From positions 43,834,001 through 43,898,000 of the forward strand of contig OZ287751.1 in assembly GCA_965649765.1 (NCBI GenBank): a DNA stretch of 64,000 nucleotides, given 5' to 3'. The notes below the pieces were generated by a model. That model was given only the letters and a program-made list of their open reading frames with translations, did no database searches and was not told the origin of the DNA. Source of the DNA: Bispira polyomma (lineage: Eukaryota). Of this stretch, positions 1 through 12,700 are shown in pieces. Position 1 is the first letter of the stretch. Each line of letters opens with the position of its first letter. The translations under genes and the position numbers were made by a program.

Positions 1-589
1 CTGTGATCTTGACCTCAAAAATCTTCTCTGACCCATATCTCTGGTATATTCTCTTAGAATATGTTTAGGTTTGGTCTAAATACTCATTACAACATTTTGG
101 TACATGTGGAATTGACTTTAAACCTCCATTTTATCTTGGAAACCTTGACAGTGTAGAGGTCATACTCATACCTCTCGACTCTGGAGTCATGGGTTTGAAT
201 GTCGACCAAAGCTTGTATAGGTAAAGGTTGACAGTAGACTTGCTGAAGGCCAGTGGTTTGCAGTTCAGAGAGTTTGACCAAATCACCTGCTCAGCTTTTT
301 TCCACTACTAAACTGCTTATTCTTCCTAAAATTTGCAGTTGTTGAAAGTGACCTTAATCTTAAAATACATGGAAGTTTGAATATTTCTGCGGTGACTATT
401 CACCCCATGGCTGTGGGGTTTTAACATCTCTGTAATGTTATTATTATTATTGGGTCCATGCATTCATTATTGACATGAGTAAAATATTATTCTAATGTAT
501 ATCTAGCAGCACGACAGCTTTAAATTCTCATGTGTTTTTAAGTTTATACTAAAGTATACTTTTATCTGCAAATAAATATCTATACACAG

Positions 590-721
590 GAAATCTTCAT
601 TTTGCCAATGTTGAGGAGATAGACCATCTGCAGGGCAGGGATTATGTGTGCATTGTACAAAATGAAAAACTCCGAGGTCTTGTACAGGGTAATGACCAGA
701 GAGTTTACCCTCCGTCTCCAG
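590..721 (+). CDS. Ig2 C-terminal half, alternative exon A
   Basis: tacacag|GA...CCAG|gtagtg, 132 nt, phase 1-1. Encodes [44 protein letters not shown]. Not in the ORF track. Confidence 0.8.
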
Positions 722-3700
722 GTAGTGACCACACTCCCACACAGGAACCCATACAAACACCCAGATACACCACCACACACTCCACTAATCAGTCACCCTC
801 CTCAACCCATCACTCTTCATAGAGGAATTTCAGAATTTAACAGTCATAGGTCACATTTTCAAAAAAACAATTTCCAATAGTCGTGTGACATTGCGATATA
901 AACTGTTTAATTTTCAATGAATAAGGGATCTAAAATGCACCACTGTCTCCAAAATTCGCTAAAACTGGGCGAACAATGACTAGAATTTAGGTAAGTTCCA
1001 CAAAATAGTCACAACAATCTCAATTTCAGCAAATATTACCCAGAATTCTATCAAAAACACATTTTCTAAGTGGAAATTGTTTAGATTCCTTACTCTATAA
1101 CCTATTTCTTTTCTATTAAAGGCAACTGTGCACTGTGTATGTGGACTGAGACTGTAGATTCTGAAGTCCTTCTGTATCTGTCTCTTCTGTCTGTTATTAT
1201 AATACAAGGGAGCCACCTCTTACTCCTGTGTTTGATCTTGTAGTTTGTCTCTTGTGTATTACATGTGTGTGTGTGTGACAGTTGTCTGGAATTGGGAGTG
1301 TGACAATCATATATATATATACCTTCAGCTATTGTATATACTTGACATCAAAGGAAGCTAAAACACAACACACGATGATGAAGTCTCTGGCTAGAAAATG
1401 ACTCGAAATGGGACACGACTAATTGAAACAGTATTTGAAAAAAATAATCTGGCTGGTGTAAAATATACTACTTTTAAAGTCAAATTGCAACAAAATTTTC
1501 CTTGGAAATCTCATATGCGGTAGAACCTCTATTATTCAAAGTTTAGATTATCCAAATAATTGCTTTTGTGGACATATTTCCACTCTCTAAAATGTATATG
1601 TTCCTACTGTTTATACTAAAATGCTTCTTCTATTTTATGAACCTTCAATTATCCCAGCAAACTTCTGCTTCCCCATTATGTTCAGATAACAGAGTGTCTA
1701 CTGTATTTTGCAGGATGGTGACTTTCAGAAATGTGCTGAGTTTTAGGTTTCTATCTCTCTGTATGGTTGTAGTTGACATGTGACCGATTTGTATCTGGTT
1801 TTATAGCATAGCAGTTCCCATTTGTTCACTTACACAAAGGTTTGTGTTATGGTAGTTGAGTTAACTCCACTAAAAATCATTTGAGTCTAATCTAATAGTG
1901 TTCTGTTAGATTAGATAAGGAATACCTTGTAAGTGTGTGCCATTGTTTTAAAATCTTGTACTCTCTACTTTTTGCATGGAAATAATTTCTGTCAAGAAAA
2001 ACATATACCATATTCGACGTAATTAGCGCACAGTGCCCTTAGAAAAACAAATTACCCCTTTTAATGAGGTTTTTAAGTGTTTCCTTATAACCGCCCAGGC
2101 CTACAAAAAAAGCATATATGTCTCTTCACAGATGAAATGTCTGGAGACCCCATGTAGAAACACATCTGTGTCTGTGTTGAGGTGATCTTACTCATCTACA
2201 TACAAGTCTACAATGTCAAGTTACACTGTAAGACAAAAACAAATGTGCAAATAATGTCACTACAGGATAAAAATATTATATAATTATTCCCAAGCCAAAA
2301 AATAACTGATTTGGTTGAACACAGATAAATTAAAAAGTGAAGTTAATAAATCTGCAGCAATTGTTATTTAGTTTAAGGTTGATTCTTGGTTTTTAAAATA
2401 TATAGCATATCTTTTGCAGATGTGTTCACACTGGTAAATTTTACAATCTATCTGATAACAGAAAGCTCCACAATGAAGTATTACTATAAAAATTTGCTGT
2501 AAAACTGAAAGGTATTAAAAAATTATTTGGTAACTTTACTATCTTACTCTGTTATTGTCAGTATGGTAAGTTCTCTTAGTTTTTAAAAGCATGCCTATTT
2601 CAAACTTCTACAGCCTACAACAAGAAATAAAATGTGTACTTGGCAAATGAAACTTGAAGCAAAATTTTGATAATATACTCTAAATTTGTACTGGATTTTA
2701 ATGGCCATTTGCTGCAGTTAATGGCCATTTGCTGCAGTTGATGGCAGGACAGAAATAGTAACCTTGCTTGGGCTTGTATTTCACACCATTGATCAAAATA
2801 GTATATTTATTTTTTAAAATTTAACATTATTGTTTAAATAATATATTAGAGATTATATTCTAATTACATTAATCATGCTAAAGTAGCTTAACTCATTGGA
2901 AGTCATTATTTTGTCACCAATGGGTGTGGAGACTGATTTTCCTACATACAATAAAGCTAAGCCTTAAATATCTTTGAACAAGGCTACTTTATCAGTCAGT
3001 CACTTTCTTCCGTGTTCAAATTTATGACTAATTTCTAGCTTTGTAAACCTTTAGTACAGGAAGACTCCATCAGTTACTATCTTGTGATAGTTTACTTTCA
3101 CAGGCACTAAAAGTCTTGATTGCAGTTATTCATTTGTATTGGAAAATAACCCAAGTACTAACATAGAATTGTATATAGTATTTATTGCAGTTACTTGCAA
3201 AATATTTTTATTTCAAAAATAGCAGTAGAATTATTTTTTTCCTCTTTCAAATTCTCATTTGCATAGGTACATGCTGAAACTTAAGATAAGGCTGAAGTAA
3301 TATCTCAAATAGAGAACCATACCAAACATAAAATTAGGTGATGTGCGGTTAATGGGGCATGTGCGGTAATTACGTCGAATACGGTATATAAACTAAAGAC
3401 AGAAATTTGTTAGCAATAGACAGTCTTTACTATGCCTACATCTCAGTTGTATACAGTGTACATGTATAGTAAAATACGCTTTTTTGGCAGTTATAAACAG
3501 CCTTGTAGCAGAGTTTGTGTGACAAGTCCTGCTGGTCCAGTATGGCATACACTTTGGCATGGTTTGACAGAAACTAGCATTGGAAGATATTACAAGATTT
3601 TAAATGTCTAGAATTACACATATATCTGAAAAAATAACACTAGTTAAAACACCATCTGTTTGACCTTGAAATTATCTACGGGTCCACCATTTTACCCGAC

Positions 3701-6700
3701 CCCCAAGCTGACATTTTTATGCAGATGACACATGTTATCTTTCTGTGTTATCCTTTTGCTTTTGGGCTACTATTACAATATCCAGTGTGTCAAAGGTTAA
3801 TATACTGTAATTTTGTTATAATAATATATGTGTAGTTCTTAGAAATCACTGATATTAGTGGACGGTATAAAACCCTCAAAGTAAAGATTTTGTTTTGTAA
3901 AATAAGGAAGACCTTTATATGCAGACAATCTTGTATTGTTCACATCAAAGACACATTGCTAGGAATTCAGTTTTTGCAAGTGTATCATGATACCTTCAAA
4001 ACTGTGTCCCCCCCAAAAAAAATATAAATTCATGAATATTTGCCAATATTGCATGGTGTACAGGTTTTACATAACCACCATTTATATCAAGAAAAAACAA
4101 GGATGCTGGTATAAATTAGTGAAAATTAAAATTATATTGTCATCTTTTTGTGTCATACTCTTTTTAAATTAAAAAATATATGACATTTAAATCAATATAA
4201 ATTCAAAACAATGTTATTGTTGTCCTTCCAAAAGGAATCGTTCAAACTTTTGTGTCTTTTTTAATGTCATGTACAGTGTGTACATTTAATGTTGCCACAA
4301 AGCGGGGCCGCGGTGGCCTTGTGATTAGCAAGCATTGCGCTTCACAATCACTGGTCTCTCACCTCTGGGCGGCGTGAGTTCGAATCCCGTCGATGCCTAT
4401 GTGGGAAAGGTGGTAGTTCATTACTGTGGGCCGCTGGTTTCAGTGCTGAACCTTGACCGACTGTGTGCAGTGTTTCCTCCAGCGTTTCCAACTACCCGTC
4501 CCAATATAACCTACTAAAAGGTACTAGAGTGGACGTTAAATATCCAAATTCAAATTTAAATTGTCACAAAGCACATCTGGCTTCGACTAAAAGCATCCTT
4601 GGTTTTCTGTATGTGGAACATTTGTGTTGTATATGGTTTAAATGAATGACCTTTGTAGAACAACAGTGGGTTAAGGTACACACATATAACACTGATGGAT
4701 TCTATTTAGTCTACCCGGCGGTATGTCACAATGTTGTCCAGAGTTTCAGTTTAAATTTCACTAAAAGGTATTCGAAGTATGTAAATAAAAAAGCAAATGT
4801 GAACGGAAACGTTGGCCACAGTAACACTTTATACTAAAAGCTTTCACAGGTAAAATTGGCTAAATTAAAGACAGTGTTATTTAACTCTGTGTTAATTTGC
4901 ATCAAATTTAATGTATTAATTAGGTAGAAATTAAAAATATTTTACCACATATCAATCGCAATAAACCCGTACCAAAATCCACTGTCAAATGTTGTGATAT
5001 ACTGAATTCCCATGAATACACTAAAAATCAATTTAAAATTAGCTATAGTCAGAATATCAGTTTGATTTAAAAGCCATAAAATTAGTTTGTTTCAATGATT
5101 GTTTAGATTTGCATATCTGGTTATGAATAGTAACTGATCAAAACCGGTCAAGAACTTTGATTAGCCATTTACATAAGTCCTAACTGTCGTAATTTCAAGA
5201 GCCAAAAGCAAACAGTATCCAAACATTTAAGCATCATAATGCCGACAGTTTATGGTCTTCAACTGCAGTTTTCAAACATACTATACCTATATTGTGATGA
5301 TATGGTTGTCAACTTGCAATCATTCTTGTATTATGGTAATTCAGTCTGGTTGCAGTTATCCTTGAAATACATAGACATTCTGAATATATATCTATAATTA
5401 CTTAATATCATATAGTGTACTAATCACCCTCTTTAGATTGTTTACTTCCTGCGTGTGTATATTCTTGTTTGGTTGTATGTACTTCTTTGTAAATAATGCC
5501 TGTGTTTGTTGAAATGAATATAATGTCCTCAGCATACTGATATTTCCTGTTGATTCAGTGCTTACCTCAAGCTGGAGATTTGTTTCTGATAATTGTTCTT
5601 ATTGTCATACAGTAATCATACGTCTTTGTTTCAATCAAATCTGTTTCTTGATTCTCTTCTGCCATCTCTGTGTGTGACCCTTGTGATCGCTTCGACTCTG
5701 AATCCTCCTCTGTTGCGCGTACACAGGGAGTTTGCATTTTGCAAACATAGAAACTGGGGATGCCCTGGAGGAGCCTAACACGTATGTATGTATTGTGCAG
5801 AATACAGTATTGCGTGGGTTAGTTCAAGGGAATGACCAGAAAATTTACCCCAGGGGTACCTCCACTACAGGTATAGACAAGCTTATCATCACTCACATAA
5901 TGCAAGGCTTCTTTTTTCCTTAGTTGGAAAAATCTTTATCCGATGAGTCTTTTTACAATACTATGTATTTTCATAATTGCACCCTTATCAAGGCATGCAC
6001 AATTATGATTTCTGTTACTGTTTATGTTTGCCCTTAGTATTATGTCTTTTGTGTGTGTTCCTTAGGGGATTATTATGTCCATCCCGCTGGGGGGTTAACA
6101 TATTATTTTTCCTTTTTCCGCCGTCCGCCATCACACTTCGTTTCCGCTCATTTTAAGGACAAGTATTTTAGCTATCTTTACCAAATTTGGTATGCAGGAT
6201 TATGGGGTCAGTAGCTTGCTGGGTATTGCTTTTGGTTATTATAGCTATAAAGTTAATCGAGTAATAGCTAATTAGCTATTTTGAGTAGCTATTTCGTTTC
6301 CGTGCATTTAAAGGAAAAGTATTGCAGCTATCATCACCAAATTTGTTGTGGAGGTGTATCATATCAATAGCTTGTTTGGGATTGTATTTCAGCCCATTGA
6401 AAAAAAACAAGATGGCCGCCATGGCCGCCATCTTAAAAATGGTTTCCGCTCATTTAAAGGAAAAGTATTGCAGCTATCATCACCAAATTTGTTGTGGAGG
6501 TGTATCATATCAATAGCTTGGTTGGGATTGTATTTTGGCACATTCTGAAAAACAAGATGGCCACCATGGCCGCCATCTTGAAGATAGTTTCCGGACATTT
6601 AAAAGAAAAGTATTGCAGCTATCATCACCAAATTTGTTGTGGCGGTGTATCATGTCAATAGCTTGGTTAGAATTGTATTTGGGCCCATTCCAAAAAACAA

Positions 6701-9700
6701 GATGGCTGCCAAGGCCACTATCTTGAAAACGGTTTCCAGACATTTAAAGGAAAAGTATTGCAGCTATCATCACCAAATTTGTTGTGGAATTGTATCATGT
6801 CAATATCTTGGTTGGGATTGTATTTGGGCTCATTCCAAAAAATCAAGATGGCCGCCATCTTGAAAGCGGTTTGTGGACATTTAAAGGAAATTATTTTAGC
6901 TATCATCACCAAATTTGTTGTAGAAGTGTATCATGTCAATAGCTCGTTTGGGATTGTATTTGGGCCCATTACGAAAAACAAGATGGTTGCTACGGCCACC
7001 ATCTTGAAAATGGTTTCCGGACATTTAAAAGAAAACATACTGGTTAGATCATATAGCAATATGGATTGCCATTTGATTCAGGTAGTCCATAGGTTAGTTT
7101 CTAAAATAGAAGTAGCTAGAAACCTGTAAAACACGGGCCAATAGTCTTGTGGTCTATAGAACCGTTTGCGGTAAAATAACTATAAATCTGTACGAACATA
7201 TAATAAACTTAAAATTTGTTGCTGGACCCTATCCCTGATACCAATTCACAACCGCCTTTTTGGGGTCTATAACCCACTTGGTAGTTCAATTAGCTATCAA
7301 CATGAGTAATTCGCAAATATCACAGAAACCGTTACAGATAGAGCGATTTCGAGCAAATTTTTGGCCTTTTAGGTAAAAGAGACCTTACATCTAGTGCGTC
7401 TGAATAAACAAACAAAGTCTTTAAAGACTACTGTACAACTGTTAACAAAGTATTCATAGGGTAGACATTACACATGATAATGTGTTTTCTTCTATGCTAT
7501 CCTGTTTCTTTTCATATGTTGCAGCTTCTCTTAACAGGGCATCCTATTTCTAGTTAGGTATGCATGTCTATTTAGTCTTCATCCACAAATATGTACACAT
7601 AGGGGTATCTGTATTTAAAAGCACTAATTTACTTGTAGCAACTGAGTACTATATTATTGAGTACTTTGAAATCGTTCACTTAAATTGTTGTTTAAATTGA
7701 TGAAGATAACAGGATGTTTCCTCGTTTAGTTTAAAAACAAAAGTTGTTGAAACTCTGTGGTTTCTAAATTTTGACATCTCTGAAAAATTCTTCAAATGCC
7801 ATAAAGTTTGAACATATAAAACTGCTCAAAATGGTTCTGCAACCTTGCCCCAAAAATAGTTTAGATTTTAGATTCTGAGAAATAATCTCATACAAGCTAG
7901 AAGTGATAGAAATATTATATCTCAGAAAAGAATCCTAAGATTTCATTGGCTTAAAGATCGTCACATGACCTGTACTATTCCAGTGGAAAGTCCACATTCT
8001 TAAAAGTAGAGGGCACTCTATAAAAAAATGCCCCCATTTTGAGTAGGAACATGTCAAGTAGTAGGAAAGAATGGTCTTAAAATGGTACTTACTGGGAACA
8101 ATTCATTCATGGCATTGTCTTGAACAAAGATTCGACTGTTAAAGAACTATTGTTAGCACTCTTTATATACTCACCTATAAATCTTATGTAGGTAAAACTA
8201 TTTACATTTTCTGACAGCAAACTTGAGTGAAGCATATAAGCAGTACCTATTTAGAACAGTGTCCTTAAACTTTAGGTCTCAGATGTTTCAACTGTAAGGT
8301 ACATTTTTTCCTGAAATAAAATAGAATAAAATTTTTTTTCAGATGCAATGGTTTCACTGGCTTACTGTTTCACTTGCATGAAGTTCTGCAGTTTTATTTT
8401 TTATTTTGATCTTTATTTTTGTTTTCTCCTTTTGCTCCATGCATTTTTCTGAAAGTATTTCTGTCTTGTCTTTTGTGCTTATATAAATGTTTCATTCTTC
8501 TTTCCTTGTCAAAATATGGTGAGAAATGCTGCATTAAAGAAGTAAAGTATATGTAAACATGCCCAAACTCTTTGGTGTAAATTGCTGGTTCCTGGCAAAG
8601 CCACACAGTTTACAAAGAGACTGGGCCGACCATCCAGCAGAAAAGCTATGGTTTCTTTTTATGTTTGCTTATAATCCTCTATTGCTACAAAACAGCCTGG
8701 TTTGTCAGTTTCCTTTCTTGTGCATGAATTGTTTGATCGTTCAAATATTCAAAGTTTCTATTACCATAAGTAGTAACTGGTGTTACCCTTGACATTATTA
8801 TTGGTTTGCTTTAGAAATAAAAGTTCCTGGGAAACTGTCATGGTCTTTACAATTTAAGTAACTTTTTCTAAATAGTCAATAAAAAAATGTCCGACTTGTG
8901 GATATGTTTATCAATACAATTTTAATCTCTAAAAATTTAAGATTTTTCAAAACATCTTGCACGATTGAAGTAGAGTGATTTCGAGCTTTTTTTTTTTGAC
9001 CGAGCACCGTATAAAGAGAGTCGAATAGTTTTAAATTTTACAACTTTTATGAAAATGCAAGTGACATGTGGAGCCAATAGTGCCTGCGTTTGGACCCAAT
9101 AGGTTATGGAGAGCCGAATGGCAGAGTCAAAAGATACAAGTTTTAGTGGTCACCTAAATTTCTGCAATTTTCACAAAAAGGCAATAAATTTAGTGTATCA
9201 TTTTCTGCAATGATTTGGTTTAAAAAGCGATCTTTTCCTATTGGGATGCTTCGATTTTGTCGTGCAAAAAAACAATTTTCGAGTTTCATGTGAGGCTAGG
9301 TGGCCTTTGACATGTTGTACCCGCCATTTGCTTACTTGTGGTGCTTATGTGGTATATACATTCATGGAAAGTAAAATCTTGTTTTGTTTCTGCTTTTAAT
9401 AACCTGTTCCTAACACTATTCTTCCAAACATTAGTGTAATATGTTGCATGAAGTGTATATTTCTGTGTCAATCTCTTGTGAAAAAGGTGGTTTCCTGTTC
9501 CTAGAGTATTTGTGCAATATTTTTATATCTTCTATCTAACCAAAATAGAGCTTCTTGTCTATTTGTTCTGTATTCTCTTAATTCTATTCTCTATAGAAAG
9601 TATTACTGAAATATATTTATAGTTGTATTCATAGATTCACAGTTCTTTTTTGTAGTTAAAGAATAACAAAAACTGTTCAGAACAATGCATTAAAGCATTA

Positions 9701-12700
9701 AAAAAAATTATTATGCCGTGGTCACACTGAGTACGTTCGCGTTACGTTATTTTTTTGTAAACGGGAGAAAACAAAGTGAAAATCTGTGGGAAAATCGTGA
9801 AACGTAGCAAAAATCCATGTATATACGTTCAGTACGCACCTGTACATGTTTGTACACACATTTAATATGTTTTAATAGCCGTTTTAATTATGTTTAACTC
9901 GCTAGCCACGTTTTAATAATATGTTGGCATCATTAGCCACGTTTTAGAAATACGTTAGCTACGTTTCTAAACCTATTTTGTCTCGTTCTCCTCATCTTTA
10001 ATGTTTGTAAGCCTGTTTCGTTCTCCTCCTCGTTTTATGATATTATTTGTATGTATAGTTTGTTTTACTCCCGTCCTTTATGTCAAGTACGCATTAAATA
10101 CGTGTCATAGTTTTGCTGTGAACGCACTACCGGTTTGCGGAAAATTTTCAGCAAACGACTAAAGACGTAAAAAATTTCGAGCAGTCCAAAAGTTAAGACG
10201 TTTTTTTAAAAAGAGGCAATAACTAAACTTAAGGTACCATGTTTTAATTACGTTTACTACATTTTACTTATATTCGCCATTTTTTGTGCGTAATCGAAGC
10301 GTAAGGCCAGTGTGACCACGGCATTAGAGAGAATTATCAAGACTTAATGTTTTTCCAAACCTTAATGTCATATTACACAACATGTAGAATTCAAGCTTCT
10401 AGTTATTCATATTAATTGACCTTTTTGTCTGAATATTGCCCTCTAGTTTAAGTATATTAATAGTAAAGAAGTCCATTTAAATAAAGGTCAAATTTTAGCA
10501 TTCCGTTAAAACTCCACTGTCTTAATGTCTTTATTTCCTGAAATAATTTCTCTATCACTGTGGATTCAAACTTTTTGCCTGAACTTGTTGATAGGAAAAA
10601 TTACGCGAATTGAACCAGAGCTGAAGTGGAACTCAGAGTCCCCTACCATAGCAGTGACCACAACCACAAAGAAGATGAAGTGTATCTTTTCAGGAAAGTA
10701 AGATATTCATGTTCTCTTATGCTGGTGAAAAAGACATGAATATTCACATGAATATACGGTCTAGCACACTTATCTCAATCTGGAAATCTAGATTTTCTAC
10801 TTATCTGCTCAGTTGTACATTAGACACTAAAAACAAGGTGTTTATAGTGACATTAGAAGCCCTTAATTGTTGATTATATCAAGGTATTGTCCCCTAAGTA
10901 AATACATACACTGATAACACACCAGGACAGAAACTGCTAGATTTTCTGGTAAAGCTGTATTTCTAATTAGTGAAACACACATATTGTCTTCTTTATGTCA
11001 TCCTTATATTTAAGGCATATATCACTTTATAGATCACTTAGTCTGTATGAATAAAAAATGTCATACACTGCCACATCTAACATTTTGTTTTCCTGTTTTC
11101 ATTTCCTTGAAAAGCACCTTGGAAATGGAAATACACTAAGAATACAGTAGAACCTTCGAGACTTTGATTTTATGAACTCATTTCCACTCTCCTAAATTGA
11201 TGTTTTCTTGTTACAGTGATGTTTCTTCTGTTTTATGAACCTTCTTTTATATTACCAGTAGTTTACAGTGTTGAATCTTGACTAACTACATTGTAGTATA
11301 CACTGGTTTACTCCAGCACTAAAACTACTTATACAATGTGTGGAAAGCGACGTTGTATCCAAATCAAAAATTCCAAGTCCAACTCAATCATTTTAGAAAT
11401 GCTCACAATACGCAGATTAGCAATAGTGACTTCGGCTCACTGGATTTTCAGATCTCTTACCATCTTGAGCCATATGAATGTCTGCTATTGTATGCTAGTG
11501 TATCAAAACAAATAAAAAATTTAACCAATTCTGAGTATTCTCTAAATCATTGCTCATTATTTTTTTCAGTCCCACTCCAAGAATACACTGGACAATGGAG
11601 AATGGTGACCCATTACCCAGTAAGGTGAAAGTCTCCAAAACTGGACATGAAATTGAGATCCCTAACATTGACTATGATGATGAAGCTGGCTATAGGTGTG
11701 CAGCAGAAAACTCCAGATCTGATCCAAAGTCTACTTGGGTCTTCAAAGTGCTGCAGCTCAGGGTGCAATGTGAGTGTCTTCTCTATACTAGTAATACGCC
11801 ACACTTCATATAGTTCACTGTGTCTGGTATTGATTGAAAGCTTGGCCTCTAGAAACCTAGAAGGCCTATTCTAACATTATTCTCTCATGTTAGGTGAGAT
11901 TTACGAATATTGTATAGTATTCTATTATGTATTTTTAAAACACTTTAGTGATGCGAAACATCTTCTAAAGCATCTTTTAACGCATTTTTTTTCACAAACT
12001 TCCATTACAATTTTCCATTTCAGCTATTGTGGTCTACAGCACATCATGTCATATTTACGTGTTAATGACATCCTATTCACAATAAACCTATTATTAGCAG
12101 GAGTTGAACTGGGGACCTAATGATTACCAGACCAACTCCTGAACTGCTAGGCCATGGGAGACCATATGGTCTTTAGAGACAACACTTTTTAGGTGGGGGA
12201 TACCACTGTTTATGTCCGAATGAGTGGTAATTCCCTTGGTCTACTGCACACAGTTTGTATTGTGTATTGGCTATTCTTAATTGGGTGGTAATTCCCTTGA
12301 TGTGTTTAACACAGTTTGTGTTGTGTTTTATCTTTTCTTAATTGGGTGGTAATTCCCTTGATGTATTTAACACAGTTTGTATTGTGTTTTAGCTATGCCT
12401 GATTGGGTGATAATTCCCTTGGTCTACTTAACACAGTTTGTATTGTGTTTCAGCTATGCCTGATTGGGTGGTAATTCTCCGATGTATTTAACACAGTTTG
12501 TGTTGTGTTTTAGCTATGCCTAATTGGGTGATAATTCCCTTAATGTACTTAACACAGTTTGTATTCTGTTTAAGCTATGCCTGATTGGGTGGTAATTTCC
12601 TTGATGTACTTAACACAGTTTGTATTCTGTTTAAGCTATGCCTGATTGGGTGGTAAAACCTGAATCCGTAGACACTTCTGAGGAAGAAAGTGCTGAGTTC

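Noticed and set aside
4304-4392. tRNA gene
   Set aside because: A/B boxes are present but I could not fold a proper cloverleaf, and it continues into a conserved SINE body and tail.
6322-7129. Cluster of short ORFs
   Set aside because: They derive from the ~145-bp tandem units of a repetitive element.
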